A stretch of DNA of 64,000 nucleotides, from positions 124,001-188,000 of the forward strand of contig RHPI01001715.1 in NCBI GenBank assembly GCA_009103225.1. The letters are read 5' to 3'. Shown here piece by piece: positions 25,301-38,244 of the stretch. This DNA comes from Chlorokybus atmophyticus (Eukaryota > Plantae > Mesostigma and Chlorokybus algae). Position 1 is the first letter of the stretch. Every line of letters begins with the position of its first letter. The notes under the pieces were generated by a model. The model ran no database searches. It saw only the letters and a list, made by a program, of their open reading frames with translations, and was not told the origin of the DNA. A program made the translations under genes and the position numbers.

Positions 25301-27295
25301 TTTAGGGAGCGCTTAAAAACATCCATGTTCATAAACATGCTGATAAACTACTTTTTATGATGTGTCTTGAAGCATGAATGTTTCAAGCAATTTGCTTTAT
25401 TTATAGCCCTTCACAAAAATGTTTGAGACGCTATTGCAATATGCGATTAGCACAACATAATCACTGCCGTGTATTGCAAACACCACTTGTAATGCAATAG
25501 ATTGCATTACAAGTGGTCCTCACGAGGCATTTGTACTCAAGATTTTAACACATGTAGTCACCACTACCTTAACCTATACCAACCTATCCTGCTACTACTA
25601 CAACTGATCACAATTAGTCGAATCTATACCGCCGCCGCCGCCGCCCAGCATGCCATAAGCGCCAGCGCCGCCGCCAGCAACCAGCGTGCCACCAGTCCCC
25701 GCTCACGCCGCCGCCGCTGCTGCGCCCTTATAAACGCCCGTTTTAAGTTCCGACCGCCGCATATGCTACAGCGGCGGTCGGAACGCGAACAACACTTCTT
25801 ACCTTGTACCACAAATTATGATATGATTCATAAGTATAATACTACATGTAACATGTCCGTTTAACATTTATTGTATACTCTGTATGTATGCGCATATTAA
25901 TGTAAGTAACACATGTAATGCATAAGATTATACCGATATCAAAGCAGTCTAAAACTGTGAATGGTGTGCTTGCGCAGACTTACACACAATTGCAATGTTG
26001 CATATGCATTAAAATCATGGTTTTATTGGATTGCATCATAAACAGTTGCAATGATATTAACATTTGTCAACAACAATAACAAAAAAACCACGTATGAAAA
26101 GCATTCTACCAAGTGACTATAACATGGTATGCAAATCATGATTAACACAAGGGACTAACACATCATTAAGTGGTTGACGTCGCCGCCGCCGCCTGCCGAT
26201 GGATCAAATACACCAAGTGCCAAACACTTAGTACATGTGACGAAGTCGAAACGTCTTGAGAACGTTTGGATAACAGCAACATACGATAAGCGTTTTGATT
26301 GTGTCTTTGAACTGTTTATGATGAAACACATTTTAAACACCAGAAACCTATCAAGCAACTACTGTAAATCCAAACAAATTGCATTTGATGTGCCTCACGA
26401 CATGTACAAGACATTACGGGATAGTTGTCATTTTGTCAATTACATATGAACGGCAACACCGCAAAATACGAAAGTAAGGGTTCCAATAAGCTAATTTTGC
26501 GAGCATGTTTTGGAACTGTTGCCGAACAGACCGCTTATTTTCAGATGTAATGTATCATAACGCTGATGCTATTAACTATTGGGTATCGGTTAGTTAGGTC
26601 ATGTCCCCTTTGCTTAAATATTGGGTACCTTACAGGTACCGATTTGGTAGAGTCAGTTTCTTTATGCATACGGCCGCCGACTGATGGTGACGGCTGTTAT
26701 ACCCAGGTCTCTGTGTTAAGACTGCAGTGGACTGAGCCACGACGGTCCAAATGGGTATCCTCAGATGCACGGCTGTTGCCACTTTTTAGTTGGCCGGCAG
26801 GGGAAACATTTTGCGACGTAGTATGCAAAAGACAATTTCCACTTTTAATGATACCAGATTTAAGCGCCCTACATGTTTCCCCTTCGATGAAACCTTAAAG
26901 AGGAATAAGTCCCTATTGATAATTGCATGCAAAATTTGCATACTGTAGGGAGAGTAATTCATGCGCTATCGGTTGAATGAGTTTTATGTCATGAATGTAT
27001 AAATATAAGACTCAATGACGTGCGGCGCATCATTGACAAAAACTTTTTATGAAAAGATCCAACCTAAAGTAGCCATAGGTATGGGACATGTTTATAGTCA
27101 TATATCCATACACCCTCACAAGATGTAATAGTGTGACAATTACACCTCCGACGCTTGAAGGTGCCCCTCTCCCCTCCGCCTTCGGGTAACACATAGGACC
27201 ACGCGAGCTTTCGCACTGTTTAATGCAGTAACTTACTGTATAGAGACTTGAAGTCCCTGCAACTTTCCATTAGTTGTTGGTTGCAATTGAAGTTC

Positions 27296-27375
27296 AATTA
27301 GACACGCCACTTGCATGTGTCGTGTCTAATTGGTAATGCCGCATCGTGTCAGCCTGACACGATGCGGCACTACCA
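27296..27375. other. Two adjacent stem-loops
   Basis: AATTAGACACG..CGTGTCTAATT (27296-27331), then TGGTA-A-TGCCGCATCGTGTCAG-C-CTGACACGATGCGGCA-C-TACCA (27331-27375). Confidence 0.85.
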
Positions 27376-27694
27376 ACACATAATCTTTACTACCACATTG
27401 ATTTTACCGATATTTAATTAACCTTATAGTTGCAATCAAGCTTAGCAATGAAGCACGCAAACAAATGCATGCTGAATAATTGAGTAACATATTGAAGGAT
27501 ATTTACCAAATGATGCCCCGCTTACATGACAACGTGTCACGTAAGCTATATGATACATTAATTTTATTAAGGTCGTATTGATGTATGCTGATGTATAAGC
27601 AAATGTTTGCTTACATATACTCTGAGAGACGATTTGAATGATGGTTCATACATTAAAACTTGCTTATTAGTGCGCGCACGCGCACGCGAGCGTG

Positions 27695-27697
<3 letters not shown>

Positions 27698-27742
<45 letters not shown>
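27698..27742. repeat. (TG)n microsatellite
   Basis: About 20 TG units. Confidence 0.9.
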
Positions 27743-27743
<1 letters not shown>

Positions 27744-28466
27744 TTTTGTGTGTCACAATGTGGCGAACAGCCGTATGTGCACGCGAAAGACTCCTCAGCA
27801 TACATAGTTCATGGCACTTGCGCATTGCTATGATAAATGACAGGTTTGCGAGGTTGTTCAGCGTGTTATGCAAATCAACAATGCGTGATGTGCATAATTG
27901 CTTTAATACAAGGCTTGCGCATGCTGAGGATCGACGCCAACATAAACATGCAAAAGTTGCATTAATACTGGCCATCATTTCATGCCAATGCAGAAATGCA
28001 TTGTATTTGATACGGCACATCATGCACATGCCTAGCGCGTTTGCATGCAAGTTTCCATGTTAGGCCGTATTGCGAGCTTTATTGATGACCTTGCCGCACA
28101 TTGATGACCTTGCCAAGTTTTAGCATGTTGTATCCCTTGCATCATAAACACCAACGGACACACCCTACAACGAACTCAATAACACACACGGTAAACATGA
28201 GCCATATATAACAGTTTTCTCAGCCTCTAATAAACAATATTTGTGCACTTAGCAAGTCACTAACAACGCTAGCACTATGTAGCACTCATCGCAAGTATGT
28301 ACAATATCCGAGACGAACTGTCGCTTTGGCATGCAAAGTGCTCAAGAGCGCGATATCACAACACTCGCTTTCTCAATATAATCATGCACGCACGCGCGCG
28401 CGTGTACACACTCGCACACACACGCTGGCATGCTGCCGCTCCACCCTCGTTGCCATAACCAGGCCC

Positions 28467-30568
28467 TTAACGGGAGATGGGGCAGAGCACATTGCCACGG
28501 CAGCACCCGTAGAGGCTTGGATTGTAGGCTGCGGTGCCACAGCAGGAGGTCTCGCCGCGGGAGACGGCGCCGTTGTGGAGGACCCCGTTGCAGCAGACGG
28601 ACTTGAAGCTGGAGTAAGGCCTGTTTCCGCAACACGCGTCGAACTCGCTGGCGTCGTACAGCACCCCGTTGCAGCAGGTGAATGTGGCGCTGTCGTAGGG
28701 CTTCCCACCGCAGCATCCTGTCCACTCAGTCATCGTGTACGTGTAAATCACGCCGCTGCAGCAAAACGCCCTGCATTGCAGCCAACAAGTTCAGCGGATG
28801 ACTCTGTGAGGTTGAGACACAAGAACATTCGCACGCACGTGCACGGGCACGCACGGGCACGCACGCACAACAGTTAACACGCACTTGGAGGGGTCGTAGG
28901 CCTTTTCGTCGCAGCATCGGTAGGTAGAGGGTGGGAAGTTGTTGAGTACTCCAGCGCAGCAGAGCTGCTGCCTTGGTTGGTAGGGCCTCTTACCGCAGCA
29001 TTGGAAGGTGGTGGATGGGTTGTTGTAGATCACGCCGACGCAGCAGATCTGCTTGTTGGGGTCAAACGCCTTCTGTCCGCAGCACTTGTTCGTTGTCGAG
29101 GGCACGTCGAACACAGTGGTGCCGCAGCAAGTTTGCTTCGCAGGGTTGTAAGGCTGACGGCCGCAGCACTTGTACGTTGTGGAGGGGAAGTTCTGAACCA
29201 CATTGGCGCAGCAGATCTGCTTATCCGGGTTGTAGCTCACGGTGTTGCAGCACCTTGTGCGCCCGACGCTTTGCGACTGGATCACATTGTTGCAACACAG
29301 CGACTTCGTTGGATCGTAAGGCTTGCCGTTGCAGCAAGCGATGGTGTTTGGATACACCACGCCGCAGCAGATCTGTGCAAAACGTACACGATTGAAAACA
29401 TCAGTCAGGCTCGCGCCCTTGCTCTATGTGTGTGTGTGTGTGACTTACCTGTTTGCCAGGGACGAATGATACAGTGCGGCAGCACTTGGTGTAACCGGCA
29501 GATGGGCCGTTGTCATTCACCGTGCTGTTGCAGCAAAGCTGCACAATGCAGTCGCAACAGGGCAGTAAGCACACACGTGAACGCAAGGAATAGCTATCAT
29601 ACACGCATGCTCAGGCACACGCGCGTGGTTGTGTGTGTGTGTGCGTGCGCGTGCGCGCGCGTGTACGCACGCACCTGCTTGTCAGGGTTATAGTTCACTT
29701 TCCCGCAGCACCTCGTTTTCCCTCCCTCCACACTCACCAAACTCCCTTCACAGCACACGTACTTCCCCGAGTCGTACGGCTTCCCCGCGCAGCAGGCGTC
29801 CTGCACTCCCGGTCCCACTATCGGACTAAGCGTCTTCCCGTCGCAGCACAAATACTTGCTCGAGTCATATGGCTGGGCACCGCAGCAGGCGTCGTAGTCG
29901 GTGGGGTAGAGATGGTCAGAGCAGCAGAAGAAGGTGGCGCTGTCGTAAGGCTTGCCGCCGCAGCAACCGGTGTACTCGGAGGAAGAACGGTCGTAGACCT
30001 GGCCGCTGCAGCAGAAGGACCTGGAGGACATGTGGGGAGTGTGTGAGAGAGATGTAAGTCTGTAGGTATTAAGCGGACAGTGGTGACGGAGGGTGAGGGG
30101 AAGTGTTGGCTTACTTGCTGGGGTTGTAGGTTATGCGGCCGCAGCATTGGCTGATGCCGTCGTTTGGGTATAGCTGACCGTCGCAGCACTGTTGTGAACA
30201 TGGACAGACACAAGACAAGACAAGACAACAGAGTTAGTTGACAGGCCGTCAATGTGTGTCTCGCCCTCCGCTCTGGCAAACAGAGCAAGGTGGGCAAATG
30301 TGCATATGAAAAACTATGCTTGTGGACGTCATTCTAGACTGGTGGCGGGGTGCAAAGCACAGCAGCAGTGATATGGCAAGTGCCAGCAGCATGCAGGCCA
30401 AGGGCACCATGGGGCACGGCAGGTGGCAAGGGTGATGCTGGAAAGAAGGAGGGTGCTTACGATGTATGTGGCGGGATCATACTGGCCATCCACGCACTGC
30501 GCCTGCGCCGTCACCGCCGCCGCCGCTGCCAGCAGCAGCGCTGCCAGCGCCAGATGATTGAAGTTCAT
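28467..30568 (-). CDS. Secreted galaxin-like dicysteine-repeat protein, multi-exon
   Basis: Signal peptide MNFNHLALAALLLAAAAAVTAQAQC. Roughly 20 CC-containing units such as CCGGKPYDSATFFCCSDHLY, CCNTVSYNPDKQICCANVV, CCGQKAFDPNKQICCVGVI. First in-frame stop at 28467. Confidence 0.88.
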
Positions 30569-32319
30569 CGTCACCCAACACCTGGCAATGCAACACATAA
30601 GCCGGAGTTAGGTACTGGCCAAAGCCACAGCAACACGGAGTTACATGAGCTTACTACATGCTCAACCTACCAGCGACCTTGCCGGATGGCTTTACCACCG
30701 CCGCCGCCGCCGCCGCCGCTGCCTGCACAGCCCACAGACAAACTATCTTCTTTGAGGTAAGCAGAGATGCCCACTGTTTTTTTGCTAGTGAAGCGAACAG
30801 TGACTGAGACTGACGTGCAGTGCGTGGCTACTGGTCACCACTTCTTGGGGGGCCAAACCGGCCCACAGCTCAAACCGCCGGCCACTTAAGTGAGTTCTGG
30901 GCTGCAGCGGCTGGGCGTTGACGGAACCATTAGCGGTTTATAACCGGTAGGAGACCGATGTACCGCCCGGTTTTGTCGGTACTCGCGGTGGCGCTACGGC
31001 TTGCGAAGCCACACACGTACACCTTGCACGCCATCACCCGCGCGTGACCGAGATCTGTCCGAACTAACTGCCCTACCGGTTACATATTTAGCGCCTGACC
31101 AGCTGGCGGTTGAGTCGAGGCGCCATGTTATTTGACCCATGTGCATTACGGGCGGATTCATGACGGTAACGTGACGCTGTGTAACCAGTCACATTAGCGT
31201 ACCGGTCGGTGGTGCTACGGAGTCATCGCAGCGTGTGTCAGTCCGACGTACCGGCTACAAATGCGGAGACCTAATGCTGACGGCTGCGGTACGGCGCACG
31301 CAACAGTTCAGCATCCCTGCCTATCTCAGTCAGGACGCCAGACGCCTTTTGCTTATGCCGGCTTGCTGAGATTGCTCTGGATGGACGGCTTCGATGGCGC
31401 TCGCGACGGAGATAGACCGTGAACCGAATGTGAACACCTCTGATCGTTACGCGTTCACCGCCTTTTGTCGGCGCTGTTCCCCTTTGACCGCCGTGCGTTA
31501 ACGGCTGTCAATCAGCTGTGTGGCGTCAACGACCAGTGTAGTGCATGAAGTCGTTCGGCTGTTGACCATGTTTGATGACGCAGTAACTATAGTGTGTAAT
31601 CAATTAGCGTTAAAGGGTAGAGTGGATTAGTTAGAACAAGGGTGAGTAGTGGCGGCATGTCTTTGGGGTATGGGGCCTGCCCCGACCTCGTACCGCCAAA
31701 AACGCGGCCGTTTTAACCACTAACTGTGCCGCAATTGCACTAAATCCCTAGCAATTTGGGTCGCCGTTGGTAAGCGGTTGCCGCTGAGATATTTTTCAGC
31801 ATCTTTTACGCATCTTTGCAATGATTGGCCATTTTGCTGCCTTTTTGAGCAACTGGCTGTTGTCACCGTTGCGATCCCATTTGATCAATCTCATGCGTGA
31901 CCAAATGGTGGCCTAACGATGCGATTTTTCGTTTGGTTGAATCTTAACGTTAAGGTAATTCAGGTTAGCATTATTTTGATGGTCGTAACCTCGGCATTAT
32001 TTACTAAAAATCGCAGCACGTACCGTGGCGTGAACGTTACGTTGATTATTAAGTTTTAAAACACTTAACAGCGTTTGCTAAATACATGGCACCATGTTGC
32101 GCCATATCGCCGCATATGTAATCATATGGCACCATGTTGCACCATATCGCCGCATATGTAATCATGTCGCAAAAGTTTACTACACATCAGAGATATTGTG
32201 CATGTGGATTTGCACCTTTGCACGCCCTCATTGCTGGACTGTGCCGAGATGGTTCTTTTGGATGGCGACAAATGCCAGGGCGGTTGATATGTTCCTGATG
32301 TGTTGTTTCGTCATCCGCT

Positions 32320-35300
32320 ATGACTTATGAGCAACATTGCGATTTGTCTCAGCATTGCGAATTGTGGGACGACTGCGATGATTTGCTTTCCTGTTGGCAA
32401 GATGCACAACGTAAGTTTGTCACGCGAATGCAATGTTGTTCGTTGTGCGGGCATGTACAGTTTTACTCTGCTGCTGCTACTTATCGTCCAATGTATCGAC
32501 GATCAGTATCCACCGTTGCACCATATGATTTGGCTAATGTTTTTATGTCCGATTATACCAAGTGTGATAGTGATTACTACCAATGCCATCGATGCAGTCA
32601 CGGGTCGGAGCGTTCTGTTACATTGTATTACACAGCGCAGTGTACATTCGCAAGTTGTTGGAGATACATCCAATGGTAGTGCAGATGTTGTCCCTTGTTA
32701 ACACGTCCATGGCGCTTTGCGACTTATATAACTCATACAGTTTCACTTCGGGCCAAATTCAGCAGTTGAATATGATTAACGGTCCGTTTATCACTTGGGA
32801 TGAGTTTACACATCAGAACCAACATGCCATCTTGTTGCTGGAGTTGTTGAGCGAGCTATTATCGTCCAACACTCTGGTTCAGAAATATCAGACCTTGGCA
32901 GAACAACCATTTGGTTCTGACGGCATCCCCACTGTCGGTTCATCTACTATTCGTAGCATCATGCAATGATTGTGTCTCGTGCACAGGATCGTAATCCTTT
33001 GAACATTGCTGGTGAATCAGCATACACATACGTTTTAACCACTTTGTTGCCATTTCCTTCGCGCAGCACAGTTGAAGTCACAGTGGACACCATGTTGCGC
33101 GTTGGACATATGTCGCTGCGTGAGCCTTGTTTTCCTCTTTTGATACACATGGATACAGGTGGTGTGTACAATATTCCTGGTTTAACTGTTGAGTCTGCTC
33201 TGTTTCCCATGTTGTTTCCGCACAATCGTGGGTTCTTTGATGGTAATGTGTACAGCAGACTGTCAGACTATGTCAAGTTCCGTCTTACACAATCGTTCTC
33301 AGTTTTCACATTGTACAAGCCTTATTTGCTGTTGATGTACCAAATCCGTCAATCACTTCTTACAGTCAGAAAGTGCCGCGAAGTTGCTGTGGACGCTGAT
33401 ATTGAAAAGTTCCTCAAACAACGACCTACTGCCACAATCAACGATGCCATCAAAAACGCTGTAAAATTTCGTGTCCCTGGTGACATCATTGGATCTCCGA
33501 GTTGGCATCGACAAAAGTTGAGTGAGCTGCTGTGTCTGGTTGAGCATTGGGGTATGCCTCATCTCTTTGTCACCATGACTGCAGATGAAGTGTCCAGTAC
33601 CAACTTCCCTGAGATCATTGATTTGCAGAATGTTCTCCACAATGTCTCCACGCAACTTAGTTGGCGCGATGCCCCTGTGGAGTGCGCACGTTTGTTTCAT
33701 CATCGGTTCAGCACCTTCTTTAAAGAATATATCATGCAAAAGGATATCCTTGGACGTGTGATGCACTATGTTATCAGGTATGAAACACAACACCGTGGAT
33801 CTTTGCATGCACATGTTATGTTGTGGTTACATCCCGACGATGTTAAACGAGTTTGCAGTGAAATCACTGCGTTTATCCCCGGAGATTTTGACCATGCAAA
33901 TCAGCAAATAATTGTACCAACTGATTCTAAACTGCGAGTCCTTTATGAATATGTTGTACGCAAGCAAATGCACAAGTGTTCTGATTTTGGCAGTGGCTGC
34001 AGAGCATTTGACAACAAGTGCGACATGGGCTTTCCGTATCCCGTACAACCAGATCGTCGACCTCAGTTCAACACAGAAACGCGCAGGTACGATTATTACA
34101 GACCACGCACTTGTGACCGCAATGTTGTTCCCACACATCCAGTGCTTTTATTGTTGTGGGGTGCTCATTGTAATGTGTTGCAAGTCACTGACAGTCATTG
34201 GAGCAAGTATTTAGTCAAGTACACAACAAAAATGGAACCTTGTGGCACTGTTGATGATGCATTAGACACCAATGCACTCGGTTTGCAAGGATTGACTGTT
34301 AACGAATTGCGCATATTGAACACAATGTACTTGTCCAAACCCATTGCTCCAGCTGAAGCTGCTTTGATATGTTTAGATATTCCCATCATGCAAATGTCGT
34401 CCAATGTAACATATGTTGACACGCGTTTGCCTAACAATCGTTCTCGCATAGTGAACAGTCGTGCACGGACAGTAATTGTGCATCCCATTCATCGTTATTG
34501 TGTCAGGCCTGACGAGGTAGAAAGAGTCACAATGTACAACTACTTTCGACAGTACATGCACCGAGATGGAGACACTGTGCCACATAACACTGTGCGTACT
34601 CTAAGAGACAGACTGAATGCATTCGTTTATGAGTTAGCTGTCCCGCGCATCATCAGATTCACGGATTACCATCCTGTACTTAGCATTGAAGGGTTTTGTT
34701 TCAATTTACTTCTTCAGCGGGTTACTTTTCGCTTTGAAGTTGATATGATTTCTTTGAACAACCAATCACGCACTTACTATAAAGAATGTGTGTTGCGGGG
34801 TTTCATCAACAACACAAACCGCAGTTTGTTGACACATGTCACGCGCTATGCCGAATGTCATCTATACAATGATGTTAAGATTCACCATATGATAAATGCC
34901 ATAATGCAGACCACTGATAATGCTATTAATGCCTTGTCTATGGCTGCAGCTGGTCCGACAAATAGTCAAACTGCACCAGAACGTACCACGCAGTATCCAA
35001 CAGCTTCATCATCCAATCCTGCATCTCCAGCTTCAACTGTGACAACGGACTCAGATGTATCGGCGCCGATGTTTCAAGGTACATTGAATGTTGAGGAGTT
35101 TGCGTTTGCGAACAATCTCTCTTTGACCAGCCAGCAAGAACGCACCGCAAGTAGTATCATTGCAACACCGGTTGGTCAACATGTGATATCTGGTTGTCCA
35201 GGAACAGGCAAAACATTTTTGACCAGATTCATCACTCACAAGTTGCGCGTTGCTGGGATACCTGTTTTACTCAGTGCTACAACTGGCGCTGCGGCTTTGC

Positions 35301-36388
35301 GGCTCAGCTCATCAGCTTCAACTGTACATTCCAACTTCGCAATACCTGTCAACGGTCAGCAACTCCGGTTTGTAACTGCTATGGATGATGCTTACAAACT
35401 GTTACATCATTGTCGAGTATTTATTATTGACGAGTTTTCTATGATGACATCGCGGTTGTTTGACTTGGTGATGCTGCGCTTACAGCAAGTTCATGGACCC
35501 GAATATCTACAAACAATCGGCATTGTATTGGTTGGTGACCACAAGCAACTGCCAGCAGTTTGTGGACACAAAGTCCAAGACACATCGCAGGTTTGCCACA
35601 AATGCCATATTTCTGCATCACAGAGGTGGCCATTACGTAAGCAACATTTTTTATCTGTTTCAGTGCGTCATGCTTCAGACCCTCTGTTTGCTGAATTCTT
35701 GATTCAGATTCGTTCTGGCATACCCAGTTCAACAGAGATAGCAGATGCGTTAGGTGGCTGTCTGGTCACTTCGGAGTACTTACAACAGTTACCAAGTGAT
35801 GCAACCATATTGTGTTCACATGTACAAGACACACTGGCTTTCAACAGCATGATTGTGAGACAACGTTTTGCAGCCGATACCATTGTGCCAATACAAATTA
35901 CTTCTAATGCAGTGAACGTGCCCGAGCTACACGACTGGATTCACAAGCCCAAGTTCAACTTATTACCTTCAGTCGCCAAGGGAGCAAAGGTGTTGGTTTT
36001 AGAAAACGTTTCACTGCAAGATGGTGTAGCCAATGGGTCTTTGGGAACAGTGACGCAGTTTAGATACTACAAAGGTAATGTGAGCAGTATACAAGTTACA
36101 TTTGACCATTTGGCAGACTCCATGTGGATGCGCCGAACAATACAGCAAACAACAACGTTTCAAGGCAAAACGTACTACAAAGCTGTGTTTCCTTTGCAGC
36201 TAGCGTATGCAATGACAGTGCACAAGTGTCAAGGTGCAACGCTGCAATCAACTACTGTTGTCCACATGCAGGAAGCTTTTGCTCCTGGATTGTGGTATGT
36301 GGCGTTGTCGCACGTGACAAACAGGGCCTATTTACGGTTGACGCGTTTACCGCGCCCTGAAGAGATGACGCCCGTTCCTGGGGATTGA
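32320..36388 (+). CDS. Helitron Rep (HUH endonuclease)-PIF1 helicase; main ORF 32966-36388, N-terminal part in frameshifted ORFs 32320-32679 and 32583-32969
   Basis: ESALFPMLFPHNRG; motif 1 GMPHLFVTMTAD; DAPVECARLF; HUH YETQHRGSLHAHVMLW; motif 3 KYLVKYTTK; Walker A GCPGTGKT; Walker B IIDEFSMM; LVGDHKQLPAV; QLAYAMTVHKCQGATL; YVALSH (motif VI, normally SR). Confidence 0.93.
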
Positions 36389-36419
36389 CGTTGATAATTG
36401 GTAAGTCCAGTTAGTGTTG

Positions 36420-36720
36420 CGCAATAGTGTGACATATGTTGCATCATTTCGCGATATGATACGATGTTGCGCAACGTTGTTTGATATCGACGCATATCGC
36501 GAGTGTTTGAGCATGTTAGATCGATGTTGCACAACATTGCACTACATGCTGCCAAGTTGGACGATATTGCTTTAGGCGACATGGTACGCTGTTGCGCAAC
36601 GTTGTTTGATATCAACGGATATCGCATGATGTTTGTGCATGAATGAACGATGTTGCAAAACATTGCGTTATATGGTTCCATGTTCGACGATATGGAACCA
36701 TATCGCGTAAGATGAACTGC
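36420..36720. repeat. ~120-bp tandem duplication rich in GATATCG motifs, just 3' of the RepHel stop
   Basis: TGTTGCGCAACGTTGTTTGATATC.ACG.ATATCGC occurs at ~36465 and ~36590. Confidence 0.8.
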
Positions 36721-37136
36721 ATCTCATGACCACACTGTACGCATGTACGGTTTGATGACATGGCACATTCAGTTGATTGCCGTATCACCCGTCATCCAAC
36801 CATGCTTTGTATGCAATCATCTCCTCCATCCCATCAACTCTTCTGACCAATCGCATGGCGGCATGGCTTAGCACGTGGTGTTCTGCCGACACAGACCCTT
36901 TTCCTTGCCACGCAGATATACATTGGCAATATATCTAGCGCTGCTGTAAATGTACACCAGTTGAAACATCAAGTCGCAGGGCACTGTGCATACATGCCTG
37001 TCGCATCACCTGCCTCAGACACCTGCCCATTGTCGGAAACTGTCACCTCAGCCAGACACAGGTAACAACGTGGCTCAATTGGCCTCTGTTTGATCTCGAA
37101 CCTGTGAGTCATTAGTTGGCGAGCGTTACATTGACA

Positions 37137-37846
37137 ATGCACTTGGTTGACAGCATGGACTTTAAGGGAAAAGACCTGTTCGAGAGGCTCCACGCTCAAA
37201 TTTCCAATGACGAACCTGGCTCTAAGCGTCCACGTACCAGTAGCTCTGGAGGTGATGCGCCTGGTCGTCCGCTGACAGCGAAACAACTGGTAGCATGTGA
37301 CTCAGCAGGAATCACTCCCGACAAGCTTGAGGGGCTATTCACCAAGCCAGAGGCCGATAAGTTAATTCGCCCTGCCAAAGAGAGAGCTCAAGAGTTTCGC
37401 ATAAACCACGGGGACTCTATTGCAACTGGTGAGAAGCGGAAAATGTACACTGACACACTGTGGTGCATGTGTTAACTGATGCAAGTATGTGTAGGAACAT
37501 GCATCTACTACCTCAGAAAGCTCGGCATCGACATTTCTGATGACCTGAAGCGCCAAGTAGCTTACAAGCTGTGGGACACTCTGATGCGCAAGGACAACCC
37601 AGAGCTTCCTGATAATGCAGAGCCAATTTACGCTAATCAGGTATGTATCAATGTGACACTGGGTCATTGGCCAAATACCTGTACTTAACAGATGTTTCAC
37701 AGGTGTTCGAGCTGGTTCACATTCGCAAAGTTTGCAACTGGGAGACAGCGCGTTTCATGTCGCAAGGAAAGGCAGAAAAAATCATTGAGCAAATCAACAA
37801 AGCAGACCCAAGGGAAGCTCCAGTAGCAAATGTTGCTGCCAATGAG
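37137..37846 (+). CDS. Spliced ORF of unknown function (at least 3 exons) with three related helical repeats; 3' continuation uncertain
   Basis: In-frame splices GCAACTG|gtgag..tag|GAACATGC, AATCAG|gtatgt..cag|GTGTTC and AATGAG|gtgtgt. Repeats: LTAKQLVACDSAGI..TKPEADKLI; IATGTCIYYLRKLGI..RQVAYKLW; IYANQVFELVHI..SQGKAEKII. Confidence 0.65.
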
Positions 37847-38244
37847 GTGTGTGGTTATCCAAGTTGATGATGGGATTACTGTGCTTGCCAAGATTAGTCG
37901 CGATGCGTGAGAATGCTATGGTTGCGTAGCAGAGTTCAACAACAATGGGCACATCAAGCCAGAACCCATGCAGTCGCTCCATCTTTTGTTACACTTCTGT
38001 TTTTGCATTGGCTCCCTTTGTTCATATCCTGTACCCGTGGTCTGTTGCCTTGCTTCTGCTTCGCTACGCATATATGTTCCATATTCAACATCAATCTCGG
38101 ATGTGTACTGCAGCATTCATAGTACCATTGTTCTTTGCAGGTAAACGATGAGGTCCAGATGATCCTGCGATCCTCGGCAGCAAGAAACAGCATCAATGCC
38201 AACACCAACATTCGCGCCTCTGCACGTAACTCAAAAAACGTGCG

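Noticed and set aside
26174-26898. Two short plus-strand ORFs in the AT-rich tract
   Set aside because: No recognisable motif, and parallel frames contain multiple stops; cannot be supported as genes.
28977-29693. 238-aa plus-strand ORF
   Set aside because: Antisense shadow of the galaxin-like repeat exon.
32086-36720. Short tandem repeats as a CRISPR-like array
   Set aside because: Only two copies per locus, no unique spacers, no cas genes, eukaryotic context.
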